From: a virus
Lineage: Duplodnaviria > Caudoviricetes
IMG/VR virus record: IMGVR_UViG_3300034062_004592
Location: 1-64,000 of that record
DNA: 64,000 nucleotides
Reading direction: 5' to 3' (one strand)
The notes below the pieces were generated by a model. That model did not search any database and was not told where the DNA came from. It worked only from the letters and a program-made list of their open reading frames with translations. Each line of letters opens with the position of its first letter. The stretch's first letter is position 1. Both the position numbers and the translations under genes were made by a program. Positions 42,907 to 51,507 of the stretch are shown here, one piece after another.

Positions 42907-44219
42907 TGCGTGATTGCCTGGAGGGTGCTGTTGGGGAGGCGCTGGGGCCAGTAGGTGAGGCGGCGGATGGTGCCTCCTTTCTGTACAACAAAACTACTAT
43001 CTCCTTGAATCGCAAGCCTGCTAAGGGTTGGCATGGACGATGGGTTTGCACTTGTAGAAACAGCAGAGCCATTGCAAGAGAGCCCTCTTCCGCTGGCGGA
43101 AACTGCCAACGCAGCTCGGTTCAAAACGTTTGCCGTGAATGTCCCACCAGCATCCATTCGCCCTTGGTTTGCAGATGCAACAAGCATGTTTGAGCTTACT
43201 CTTTGATTGGCTACGCTAACGCTAAATAGATTGATCGAATTGTTAGCGGTTTCGTCATCAATAACAACAATCGAACCTCCAACTGCTGGCTGATCGTATG
43301 CTGCAAACACCGTCCCCTCATCCTGCCGATACCAGGAGCTGAAGTTCGCCCCCGTGATGCTGGCAACGTCCGCGCTGCGGGTGGCGGCTGCGGTTGACGT
43401 TGGGATCGCACTGGTCGCAAATGCACCCAGCTCTAGCTGGGGCAGGCCGATGCGGAGGGTGATGTCAACAGCCAAGCCAGTGTTAATGTTGCATTGAATG
43501 AAAGGCATAAGGGCGGCTACAGTAGCCCCTCCCGATAGTGTTCTAGTAAACGATGGCCTATAAGACCCCAGTGGTGTAACAGGAATAGTCATGTCCTGTG
43601 TGCCACTAACCACCGCAACACCTGCTGATGTGTTTTCCTGCAAAACAAGGCGAATGTTTGTGAAATTAGCGGTTGAGCCAGCCTGCACTTTGATGTAGTT
43701 CGTTAGCGTCCAGGCCTGCCCAGTTAAAGCTGGCACACCCGTGGCGGTTTCAAACACAATGTTTGTCTGACCTGTGCCTGTAGTTGTGCCGTTAATGCGA
43801 AAATCAATGTATGTAATTCCATTTTCCGTGCCGGTGCCGACTACATTTGCCGCTAGACCCGTATTGTTTGACTGGTTCCAATTTGTTGGAGGTGTCCCCG
43901 GCGTACCAGCCACCGCGCCAACCATCGTGTTGTTGCGGATGCTGTTGGTCCTCTGCTCCTCCACCAGCAGGCCCAGGCTTTCGCCGGTTGTGGGGTTGTG
44001 GTCAAACCTCGGCACATCCACAGCCGCCGTCTGCAGCGTTCCCGCACTGTCGATGAAGGTCGCACTGCTGGCGCGGGTAAACGTAACTAAATTTTGCCCA
44101 GTTGCAGAATCAATTAAACTTTTAGTAGACGCAAAGTTTAAATCAAGGGCAGAATTTTTAAATATAGTAGAGGCAAAGTTTCCAGCTGTTAAAGCTTTTA
44201 AATGAGGAAGTATAAACAT
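42903..44219 (-). CDS. tail/head fibre (spike) protein
   Basis: TFTRASSAT..PRFDHNPTTGESLGLLVEEQRTN, PQLELGAFATSAIPT..TRSAD. Confidence 0.8.
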   Translation of the reverse strand: MFILPHLKALTAGNFASTIFKNSALDLNFASTKSLIDSATGQNLVTFTRASSATFIDSAGTLQTAAVDVPRFDHNPTTGESLGLLVEEQRTNSIRNNTMVGAVAGTPGTPPTNWNQSNNTGLAANVVGTGTENGITYIDFRINGTTTGTGQTNIVFETATGVPALTGQAWTLTNYIKVQAGSTANFTNIRLVLQENTSAGVAVVSGTQDMTIPVTPLGSYRPSFTRTLSGGATVAALMPFIQCNINTGLAVDITLRIGLPQLELGAFATSAIPTSTAAATRSADVASITGANFSSWYRQDEGTVFAAYDQPAVGGSIVVIDDETANNSINLFSVSVANQRVSSNMLVASANQGRMDAGGTFTANVLNRAALAVSASGRGLSCNGSAVSTSANPSSMPTLSRLAIQGDSSFVVQKGGTIRRLTYWPQRLPNSTLQAITQ

Positions 44220-44224
44220 TTTGA

Positions 44225-44620
44225 TCAGCTCGTAGTATCGCCGGTAAGAATGTATTCATTTGTTACTACGCTAACTAAAGATGCAATTGCATATTGGCCA
44301 CCTGTTTTATTAGTGCCATTCCGTAAACGTAAAGTTGCGCCGGCTCCAGCGGTTACCGTTATTTGTCCTGTTCCGTATTGGACGATGCTGCATGTAAAAC
44401 GTGCGGATAATCCTGCTGGAATTGTTAATGTAATAGTAGATGAATTTGTAAAAACAACAATTTTTCCATTGTCATCATTATTTAAAGTGTAAGCAGTAGT
44501 TGTTTTTGTTGTTAGTCCAGGGGGATTTAATTGATACGTATCCGCTGAAACGCCAGGAAAATTACAGTACTGCTTGTAAATAGCAGTGCCTTCAGAATTT
44601 ATCAAAGGAAATTTAGACAT
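44225..44620 (-). CDS. tail fibre-related protein
   Basis: AYTLNNDDNGKIV..LTIPAGL..IVQYGTGQIT..QYAIASL..YILTGD. Confidence 0.65.
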   Translation of the reverse strand: MSKFPLINSEGTAIYKQYCNFPGVSADTYQLNPPGLTTKTTTAYTLNNDDNGKIVVFTNSSTITLTIPAGLSARFTCSIVQYGTGQITVTAGAGATLRLRNGTNKTGGQYAIASLVSVVTNEYILTGDTTS

Positions 44621-44659
44621 GTGCGCATCATCTTGTTTTTATAAGTCTAGCAAACCAAA

Positions 44660-45175
44660 TTAAGCTTGAGCTTCTGTCCAGGAAGGATGCGTGGCGATTG
44701 TGTTGGTAGTAACAGCGCTAACGTTGGTTACCCTCATGGATTGGGAAGAAATCTCAAGATGAGTCGTTAATGTAGGTGGCTGCGGCCAGGTGATGTCGAA
44801 TGGGTTGGGCGCATCAGCCAGATCGCGCAGGGCCTGGCGGTAGATGGCCCAGGCGTCACGATCAGCGCCGAGGTCGTAGTCAGCAATCTGCGTCCAGTCG
44901 CTGGCCTTGAGCAGCTCGATGCGCTGATCGCGGACCTTGGCGTGCTGCATTTGCAGCTCGTTGAAGCTGTAGGGGCGCACCACAAAGGCGCTGCCGTCCC
45001 AGTCAATCGTTTCCAGCTTCGGGTTGCACTCGGGGCGCTCGTAGGGGCCGCTGTACCCGGCACGCTCCAGCTCGTCAGGCGTGAAGGTGGTGCTGTCGGT
45101 GCGGGTGCTGCCGTCCGCAAAGCGGATGCGGTGCGGCAATGGTGCTGGGGCGGCTTGGCGGTGGGAGTAGAGCAT
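44660..45175 (-). CDS. phage tail assembly chaperone
   Basis: VRDQRIELLKASDWTQIAD..WAIYRQALRDL..ITWPQPP. Confidence 0.8.
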   Translation of the reverse strand: MLYSHRQAAPAPLPHRIRFADGSTRTDSTTFTPDELERAGYSGPYERPECNPKLETIDWDGSAFVVRPYSFNELQMQHAKVRDQRIELLKASDWTQIADYDLGADRDAWAIYRQALRDLADAPNPFDITWPQPPTLTTHLEISSQSMRVTNVSAVTTNTIATHPSWTEAQA

Positions 45176-45954
45176 CAGAAGTTCGGGAAGGGACCACTCG
45201 GAAGTACATCTGGGCGGGCAACGCCTTTGGTAATGCGGAGATCGTCGATGTAGCCCGGCATGTAATAAGTTCCAAGGCCAGTAATAAAACGACCTACGTA
45301 CAGATCATCGTTGTTAATCTTGTTGTAACTTGTTGAGTCTGTAGCCGTTGCGCCAAGTTGTGTATTGTCTACCAAAAGTCGCAGATTAGTGCCGCTTCTA
45401 GTGGCCTTGATGAAATACCATGTATTGACAACTGGGGTCCATGCGCGGCTAGTTATTGTTGAAGTCGTCCCATCAAATCTATACCAGGCAAGTGTATTAT
45501 CTGTTTCCCAAAATAACGCCCAACCGGATGTAGTTGGAGACCCGCCCCCGATGGCGCCAACGCCAAGGCTGACTAATGGAATTAATGAACTAACAGAATC
45601 AAACCGAGCCCATAGTTCTACATCAAAATTACCTGTGCCAAGCTCAAATGCACTATTGACCGGAACAGTCAGAAAGTCTCCTGCTCCGTCAAAGTATCCG
45701 CTTGCACCGCCCCATTTGCTCTGCGCCGTGCTTATCTGCGCGTTGCCATTAGCCGTGACTGTAAACCCGTTGCTGCTGTTATCCGTAAACGTAGTGCTGC
45801 TGTTGCTGCCATCCATGTGCAGCAGCAGGCTTACATTGGCAAAGTAGGGATCAGAGCCTTCAATAATCGCCCGCTCGTTCGGAAACCACAGACCAGGAGT
45901 GGTGCGCTTTTGCTCGCGCCTGAATCCCAGCAGTCCGCCGTTGAAGCCGAGCAT
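45175..45954 (-). CDS. LamG/concanavalin A-like receptor-binding protein
   Basis: DPYFANVSLLLHMDG..ISTAQSKWGGAS.YFDG..GYIDDLRITKGVAR. Confidence 0.8.
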   Translation of the reverse strand: MLGFNGGLLGFRREQKRTTPGLWFPNERAIIEGSDPYFANVSLLLHMDGSNSSTTFTDNSSNGFTVTANGNAQISTAQSKWGGASGYFDGAGDFLTVPVNSAFELGTGNFDVELWARFDSVSSLIPLVSLGVGAIGGGSPTTSGWALFWETDNTLAWYRFDGTTSTITSRAWTPVVNTWYFIKATRSGTNLRLLVDNTQLGATATDSTSYNKINNDDLYVGRFITGLGTYYMPGYIDDLRITKGVARPDVLPSGPFPNF

Positions 45955-46313
45955 CAGCTGATGTCCTCGTAGGAGATGACCAGCTCCAGGTCGTTGGCGG
46001 CGCTGGCCTGTGCGCGGAGGCTGTGGCCTTCTTCCAGGTAGATGTATGCCTCGCGGGTGACCAGTACCTGGGTAGCGTCAGCTGGCACGCTGATCGTCTT
46101 GCCAATAGCGAAGCCAGTGGTGCCGTTGTAATGCTCCAAGCTGATGTCAGCCGCTGCGGTGCCGTCCACGTTGGCGCAGTAGACGCTGTTGATCTTTAGC
46201 ACCTTGCCACTGCTGGCGCCGTTGCTCAGCGCTGCAGCCATCGAGGTGGTGACGGCATACCCTATTGTTTTGCCATTTATTGTAGTTGGCGTTTTAAGGT
46301 TTGGTGCTGCCAC
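45954..46313 (-). CDS. tail-associated protein
   Basis: AAPNL..SGKVLKINSVYCANVDG..IYLEEG..SYEDIS. Confidence 0.7.
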   Translation of the reverse strand: MAAPNLKTPTTINGKTIGYAVTTSMAAALSNGASSGKVLKINSVYCANVDGTAAADISLEHYNGTTGFAIGKTISVPADATQVLVTREAYIYLEEGHSLRAQASAANDLELVISYEDIS

Positions 46314-46426
46314 TGAAGGATATCTTATTGAAAATAGTCTAGCAAAACTATTTCAAATAATTGATTTGCTTCGCATTAAACATAAAAAGTCTAACGTTGT
46401 TAAACTAGAACTATTGATAAGTAACC

Positions 46427-46981
46427 ATGTATACTCCTGCCCCTCAACAGTACCAGGCTGCGGAAGCTCCTCAGGCACAACCTGTTCCTCAGCCCCAGAA
46501 CAAGCCTAAAGCTCCTGCTAAATCCAAGGCTGGTGGTGATGTGGGTGCATTCATCCAGCAGTGCATTTCACTTTGCGCTTACCTCAAGGAACTTGAGACC
46601 CAATCACATTTGATTCATCTCAACTACGAGGGATCAAACTTCCTTGGGGTCCACGCATTCCTAAAGGATCAATACGAGGCTCACCTGGAACAGTTTGATA
46701 CCCTTGCTGAGTTTGTTCGCAGCATGGACTACCTGATGCCAATGTGTGGCTGCGGTCTCAAGGATGCAGCCCCTCCCATGCAAGCAGTAACCTCTTACAA
46801 GGGCAATGACATGCTTGGCGTGTACTACAAGAACCTTGAAGAGCTGGGCATGAAAGCCAAGAAGCTTGAGCCTGTAGCACAAAAGGTTGGTGCAATTGAC
46901 ATCCAGAACTACATGGCTGATCTTGTTGGCCAAGCATTTAAAGCCGCTTGGTTTGTTAAGGCTACGTTGAGGAACGGGTGA
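46427..46981 (+). CDS. Dps/ferritin-like protein
   Basis: SHLIHLNYEGSNFLGVHAFLKDQYE..FDTLAE..KAAWF; Pro/Gln-rich N-terminus. Confidence 0.75.
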   Translation: MYTPAPQQYQAAEAPQAQPVPQPQNKPKAPAKSKAGGDVGAFIQQCISLCAYLKELETQSHLIHLNYEGSNFLGVHAFLKDQYEAHLEQFDTLAEFVRSMDYLMPMCGCGLKDAAPPMQAVTSYKGNDMLGVYYKNLEELGMKAKKLEPVAQKVGAIDIQNYMADLVGQAFKAAWFVKATLRNG

Positions 46982-47901
46982 TGGAACTATTTCAAAAATT
47001 TTTAAATCAAGTTAGGCAAAAATATAAAGAAGTAGATAAGACTACAGGCGGTTGGTTGCCTGGTGGAGGTGTTGCATCTCCTCTGACACGTGCTCGTCAA
47101 GAAGGGGAACGGAAAATGGCTGAACGAATTGCTGCACAACAAAGACCTCAATACTCTGGCCAACCGGGTCGCTTTGCTGGTCAAGGGCAATTGTTAAATG
47201 CTGTCCGGGCCACTACTGAAGCAGGCTCTAATCCTTTTGCCATATTGATGGGAAATCCAGGAGAAGTTAAACGCGTTGCTGATTATTATCAACAAAATCC
47301 AAACTTGCAAAATCAGTACGATCTAAATACAAATATGTTTTTACGTTATCTTTCAGGTACTGGCGCAAAAGGATTACAGGTAACCCCGGAAGTTGGTAAA
47401 CAATTATACAAAGATATTCAAACACAAGAACAAAAGTTTCAAATTCCTGATAATCGGGAGAGAATGATTAATGCAAATCCTTGGACCAAACAAAGTTGGA
47501 CCAAACAAAATTTTTTAAAAGGCAGGACTCCGGTTTATTACGGAGGACATTCTGAAGCCACTACAGAAAATAGTCCTGAAGTTGGTTCTGGCCTTCGTCC
47601 TACGCTTTCATATGATAAAGGACAACGTTGGCAACTTCGCAATTCGTTGGGTTCTTTTTGGGCAGAGCCTACTAATAATGGCTATGCCGTTAATAATGAA
47701 CGCTACAACTTTATGTATGCCCCTGCAGAAAAAGAAGGAACTAATGTGCCACCCCTATTAGGCGAAAACCTATTCAAACCAAAAAGCCAAGTGCCAAACA
47801 GCATTGCTGATGTAGGAAGAAATCTTGTAAGAGCAGGTTACGGAACTCCATACACAATTAATTTACAAGTAAATCCTGAAGGCCAGGTAATCTTTCGTTA
47901 A
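46978..47901 (+). CDS. hypothetical (probably virion) protein
   Basis: 307-aa ORF. Confidence 0.55.
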   Translation: MMELFQKFLNQVRQKYKEVDKTTGGWLPGGGVASPLTRARQEGERKMAERIAAQQRPQYSGQPGRFAGQGQLLNAVRATTEAGSNPFAILMGNPGEVKRVADYYQQNPNLQNQYDLNTNMFLRYLSGTGAKGLQVTPEVGKQLYKDIQTQEQKFQIPDNRERMINANPWTKQSWTKQNFLKGRTPVYYGGHSEATTENSPEVGSGLRPTLSYDKGQRWQLRNSLGSFWAEPTNNGYAVNNERYNFMYAPAEKEGTNVPPLLGENLFKPKSQVPNSIADVGRNLVRAGYGTPYTINLQVNPEGQVIFR

Positions 47902-48146
47902 TCACTCCAGTGTTCAAGCCTGTGGCAGTTGCAGCACAACGGAATACATTTATTGATTTCTTCTTGGATACGACGCCAGGCGTATCCGTGATTCACCATA
48001 CTTGACACATTTAAATCCTTGTCACCTATATGGTGAAACTCAAGGACTCTATAGTCTTCCAGGGCGCAGTGCTCACACTTAAGAGTCTTCTTGTATTCCA
48101 AGAATCTCTTTCGGTTTTCTTGTAGCCTGCGTGTACTTGTTGGCAC
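47898..48146 (-). CDS. small HNH endonuclease
   Basis: CEHC..LEFHH..EINKCIPLCCNCHRLEH. Confidence 0.75.
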   Translation of the reverse strand: MPTSTRRLQENRKRFLEYKKTLKCEHCALEDYRVLEFHHIGDKDLNVSSMVNHGYAWRRIQEEINKCIPLCCNCHRLEHWSD

Positions 48147-48171
48147 TAATGCCTACGCATTCTTTCGTGAA

Positions 48172-48345
48172 TCAAACGGGCGGGAGTGATCAATCTCCCG
48201 GCCTGGAAACCCAGGACTTCGAACAGTCCTCCCAAGACAAATGCCAAGTTCAGACTGTGGGATGGATCAGGTGTAACTGGCGTACCGACAATCGGGCTGT
48301 GAGTTAACCAGGCGTATCCAGACAGGGACCTGACCTCTATCAAAG
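48172..48345 (-). ncRNA. candidate structured ncRNA
   Basis: Extended -10 TGTTATAAT directly upstream; multiple stems (GGTCAGG/CCTGATC, AGGACT/AGTCCT, CGGGAG/CTCCCG). Confidence 0.55.
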
Positions 48346-48358
48346 ATATTATAACAAA

Positions 48359-48907
48359 TCAAAGGTCATCAAGCACCAAGCGTTTGCCACGGAACTTGCT
48401 ACGAGCGGTTTTATTTTTTGTGTCCACGGCAATAACTACGGCAATTTGTGGCGTGGTACCGTTTGTATACAAGAGATAATCTCCCTTTTTTACTGTATCT
48501 GGTTGGCAAACGTAATGTGTTTCTTTGCCATTCATTGCTGCAGAAAAAGTGTAGGGCAGTACTTCTTCCAGGTCTGCAGGAGCAATTACATGGATGTTGT
48601 TTGTCCCTTTTTCTTCAATTAGGTAGTTGTTGCTAGAGTTGGTGCCAATGTGGCTGCCATATGCAATTGTGCCGTCTTCTTTCTTGAAAGAATAAAGAGT
48701 TTTGGTGTCAGCCATAATTTCTTCAAGGGGTTCGTAAAGTTTTAATTCGCTTTCGCAAGCTTCAAAGCATCCTTTGCTTGGTGCTAGATACTGACAGTAC
48801 CAATATGGATTAGTAGTACTGCCGCGCCATGAGATTCGACGCAGTATTGTTGCAGGTGTTTTGCCGTGCATTTTGGTGACGGTATCACCAACATTAAATT
48901 GTGACAT
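48359..48907 (-). CDS. hypothetical protein
   Basis: 182 aa; FNVGDTV start. Confidence 0.6.
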   Translation of the reverse strand: MSQFNVGDTVTKMHGKTPATILRRISWRGSTTNPYWYCQYLAPSKGCFEACESELKLYEPLEEIMADTKTLYSFKKEDGTIAYGSHIGTNSSNNYLIEEKGTNNIHVIAPADLEEVLPYTFSAAMNGKETHYVCQPDTVKKGDYLLYTNGTTPQIAVVIAVDTKNKTARSKFRGKRLVLDDL

Positions 48908-48944
48908 GCTTCAAAACTGTAAATGCAACTGTTGATAGCATAGC

Positions 48945-49059
48945 AAAAAATCCCGGCCACGCACACCGGGATTGTATCCTCCTTACCGCTGTTGCAAGCC
49001 CTACCGTAAGGTGTCAGGGTTTCGACTATTACCCTGGAGCTTTGGTGCTCTCCGATACA
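48945..49059 (-). ncRNA. candidate four-way-junction ncRNA followed by an intrinsic terminator
   Basis: TGTATC/GATACA closes three hairpins; ATCCCGG..CCGGGAT-TTTTT terminator. Confidence 0.5.
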
Positions 49060-49062
49060 TTA

Positions 49063-49212
49063 TCACTTTTTCTTTTTTGCTGCGGCATCTTTTTTCTTGG
49101 CAATCATCTCTTTGAACTTATCGCGAGCCTCGGTTTGCTTGGCAGATGCGCCACCTTTTCCCTTGGCGGGAGGCACAGCTTTTTTGGGGGGAACAGGCTT
49201 TTTCTTTTCCAT
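49063..49212 (-). CDS. 49-aa Lys-rich protein
   Basis: MEKKKPVPPKKAVPPAKGKGGASAKQTEARDKFKEMIAKKKDAAAKKKK. Confidence 0.6.
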   Translation of the reverse strand: MEKKKPVPPKKAVPPAKGKGGASAKQTEARDKFKEMIAKKKDAAAKKKK

Positions 49213-49245
49213 GATAATCAGGAATCTTTATTAAGTATAAGTGGG

Positions 49246-49452
49246 TTATTTGTTTTTGTAACGTTTGGCTGCACGCGCCGCACGCCCAGCTTTTTCTGCT
49301 GCTTCTGTATTAGGAACAAACTGTTTTCCTTTTTGGCTACCAGCGCGTTTCTTTTGGTCGGTCTCCTGACGTTCTTCTTTTGACAGTGAGGCCCAGGCGC
49401 TTTCTGGTAGGTAGCGTTTTGTGTATCCTTTTTGAATTGCTTTGTCTGCCAT
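49246..49452 (-). CDS. basic protein resembling the C-terminal part of DUF5872-type proteins
   Basis: TKRYLPESAWASLSKEERQETDQKKRAGSQKGKQFVPNT. Confidence 0.6.
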   Translation of the reverse strand: MADKAIQKGYTKRYLPESAWASLSKEERQETDQKKRAGSQKGKQFVPNTEAAEKAGRAARAAKRYKNK

Positions 49453-49736
49453 TACTTTGAGTCCTTGTATTTTTTGGCAGCAGATTTGGCTTTACTTCGT
49501 TTCTCGTATTCATCCTTAGTCATCCACTTCTCTTTGCCCCATTTCTCCAGGGACTTCTGCTTTTCTCCCTTATCTCCCTTATATCCCCCTCCTTCTTTTT
49601 CGTACTCTTGTGCAACAAGCTGAGCCTTGCGTGCACTCCACTGCCCCGGCTTGCCACCCTTGGAGCCAGCCATCACTCGATCTTTGATGCGCTCGCGTAA
49701 CTCTGGTTTTGAATACTTACTATCGTCCTGAGCCAT
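49452..49736 (-). CDS. DUF5872-type basic protein (N-terminal part)
   Basis: YSKPELRERIK..GSKGGKPGQWSARKAQL..YEKEGGGY. Confidence 0.7.
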   Translation of the reverse strand: MAQDDSKYSKPELRERIKDRVMAGSKGGKPGQWSARKAQLVAQEYEKEGGGYKGDKGEKQKSLEKWGKEKWMTKDEYEKRSKAKSAAKKYKDSK

Positions 49737-49987
49737 TATTTAAATAACCCTAAACGCCGTGCTTCATCCAGTGTCCCCGGTGCGGTTGCACCAGCATTAA
49801 TTGTTGTGACGCCTAAAGCTGGTAAAGATACATAAGGTAACCCAAATAAAGCACTGGCGGCTTTATTAACGGGATCTTTAGAAAAATGCATGTTACCTAA
49901 ACCAATCCCCAACTTGGCGCCTTCATTGAGAACTGTTTGAGTCAAAGGATTTATGTTAAATTTTCCAGCCAATTGAAAAGGATTCAC
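49736..49987 (-). CDS. hypothetical protein
   Basis: GTG start, 83 aa; TAAAAT upstream. Confidence 0.5.
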   Translation of the reverse strand: MNPFQLAGKFNINPLTQTVLNEGAKLGIGLGNMHFSKDPVNKAASALFGLPYVSLPALGVTTINAGATAPGTLDEARRLGLFK

Positions 49988-50110
49988 TCTAAAGTAACTC
50001 TTTCTTCTAATATTTTAGCCCACTTACATGGTTTCATACTCAACTCCCACCCAAGGGGTGGCTTGGGAATTTGATAACTCAACCATGCAAAGTAACGGTC
50101 TAACCGTTCT

Positions 50111-50323
50111 TCATCCGAAGGGACTGTCCTCTTTTTGTTTGTGGCCATGACCAAACTTCTCTAAGATCTGATCCATGGATTCAACCGATTCTAAACGTAC
50201 GAGAAGATCGGAGATAGTTGCTATGGTCATTGGATGTTCAGATCTGGCGGCAAACGCAAGCGCATCACGAAGGTGCTCGGCGGCTTGATTGACTGCTTCT
50301 TTGACCTGACTGGATAAAGACAT
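50111..50323 (-). CDS. hypothetical cyanophage protein
   Basis: MSLSSQVKEAVNQAAEHLRDALAFAARSEHP. Confidence 0.6.
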   Translation of the reverse strand: MSLSSQVKEAVNQAAEHLRDALAFAARSEHPMTIATISDLLVRLESVESMDQILEKFGHGHKQKEDSPFG

Positions 50324-50375
50324 TTCAGAAGTACGGGGTCCTCTAAGTATAAACGTGTTGGTGTACATGCGTCTT

Positions 50376-50972
50376 TTAAACTAACCCAAATAGTATGCCC
50401 TGCCACACCCAGCCAACCTGGTAGTCGTCAAGGAATGGCTCGATGCCCAAGGACTCCATCAGCTCGTAGACCAGGCGTCCTTTGCCCAGGCGCTTACCCT
50501 CGTGCTTGATGTTGTCATCAATGACAATAAGGGTGTTATGTTGAATGATGTCCTTAGCTGCAAACAATTCCTTAAGATGGTGTGCAGCCGGGGCCCAATC
50601 ATTGTGCCAATTTTGGATGTTGTAGGAATCCAGGTAGAGGAGTGCAACATTTCCTTGTAGCGTGCCAAGGAATTCAACTGAGTCGGACTCGACAACTTCG
50701 GTAAGATTGCTGGTGTTTGCCGATGCCAGGGCGCAGGCTTTGGGATCATTGTCAATAGAGATTACATTGCCACCACGATCGTTGACGTAGTTGTCAAAGA
50801 GGAGGGTCGAACAACCATCTCCGGTGAAGTTGTTCTCCTCGCGGTATGTGCCAGTTTCAATAATGGTTGGATTGGTGGTTTCATCCAGGTAAGCAAAGAT
50901 CTTTTCAAAGCCTCGTGCCCTGGCGCCAAGCTTTGGTTTTACTTCGGTAAAGTAGTCGTCCCAGCTAGTCAT
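50376..50972 (-). CDS. class I SAM-dependent methyltransferase (Methyltransf_24-like)
   Basis: IIETGT, VISIDND, SDSVEFL, LLYLDS, IVIDD. Confidence 0.75.
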   Translation of the reverse strand: MTSWDDYFTEVKPKLGARARGFEKIFAYLDETTNPTIIETGTYREENNFTGDGCSTLLFDNYVNDRGGNVISIDNDPKACALASANTSNLTEVVESDSVEFLGTLQGNVALLYLDSYNIQNWHNDWAPAAHHLKELFAAKDIIQHNTLIVIDDNIKHEGKRLGKGRLVYELMESLGIEPFLDDYQVGWVWQGILFGLV

Positions 50973-50978
50973 GGCGTT

Positions 50979-51116
50979 TTACAAATCAACCCGAGTATAA
51001 GAGATATCTTCGTTCTGTAAGCTTTGTTCAAATGCGTCGGCTTCAATGGTTTCAATGTCTTCCACTACGGGCCAGCCGTCAAGGTCGTAGTAGAAACGGG
51101 TGAGATTACAGGACAT
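50979..51116 (-). CDS. 45-aa acidic protein
   Basis: MSCNLTRFYYDLDGWPVVEDIETIEADAFEQSLQNEDISYTRVDL. Confidence 0.5.
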   Translation of the reverse strand: MSCNLTRFYYDLDGWPVVEDIETIEADAFEQSLQNEDISYTRVDL

Positions 51117-51354
51117 GGACAAGATTCCAAATGGAAGATTTGGTGGTTAACTCGGTGATTAAGATGATGGTTACTGCTAGCATGGCAAGCCTTCCGTTGA
51201 CACGCTCTGCATACCAGTTGAAATCATCTGGGTGAGTGGGTGGCTTCCAGAAGACTAGGTCTGGGAGATACTCCTTGACAATTTCAGTAATGATCCAGGA
51301 GGTGCAGCTGTACCATCCACGGATTGAGTACCAGAACTTATCGAGTCCTGTCAT
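51106..51354 (-). CDS. hli: high-light-inducible protein (HLIP) with N-terminal extension
   Basis: Chlorophyll-binding motif AERVNGRLAML followed by a TM helix. Confidence 0.85.
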   Translation of the reverse strand: MTGLDKFWYSIRGWYSCTSWIITEIVKEYLPDLVFWKPPTHPDDFNWYAERVNGRLAMLAVTIILITELTTKSSIWNLVHVL

Positions 51355-51507
51355 TGTCCTGGAGTAGAGGCAATAAAAATCAGGTAAGCATCAATGGCCA
51401 CAACTGTCAATAGAGCCAGGAGGATGCTGGAGATTGCGTACACAAAACCGTTCGTTCGCACTTTGATAATTAGTGTGGTAACTTGAGGATAATATATAAA
51501 AGCTTCA

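Noticed and set aside
48146-48343. 65-aa minus-strand ORF
   Set aside because: TTG start at the predicted transcription start, no protein features, and it coincides with a densely paired RNA structure
48901-49383. 160-aa Phe-rich + strand ORF
   Set aside because: Reverse complement of Lys-rich genes and an ncRNA candidate
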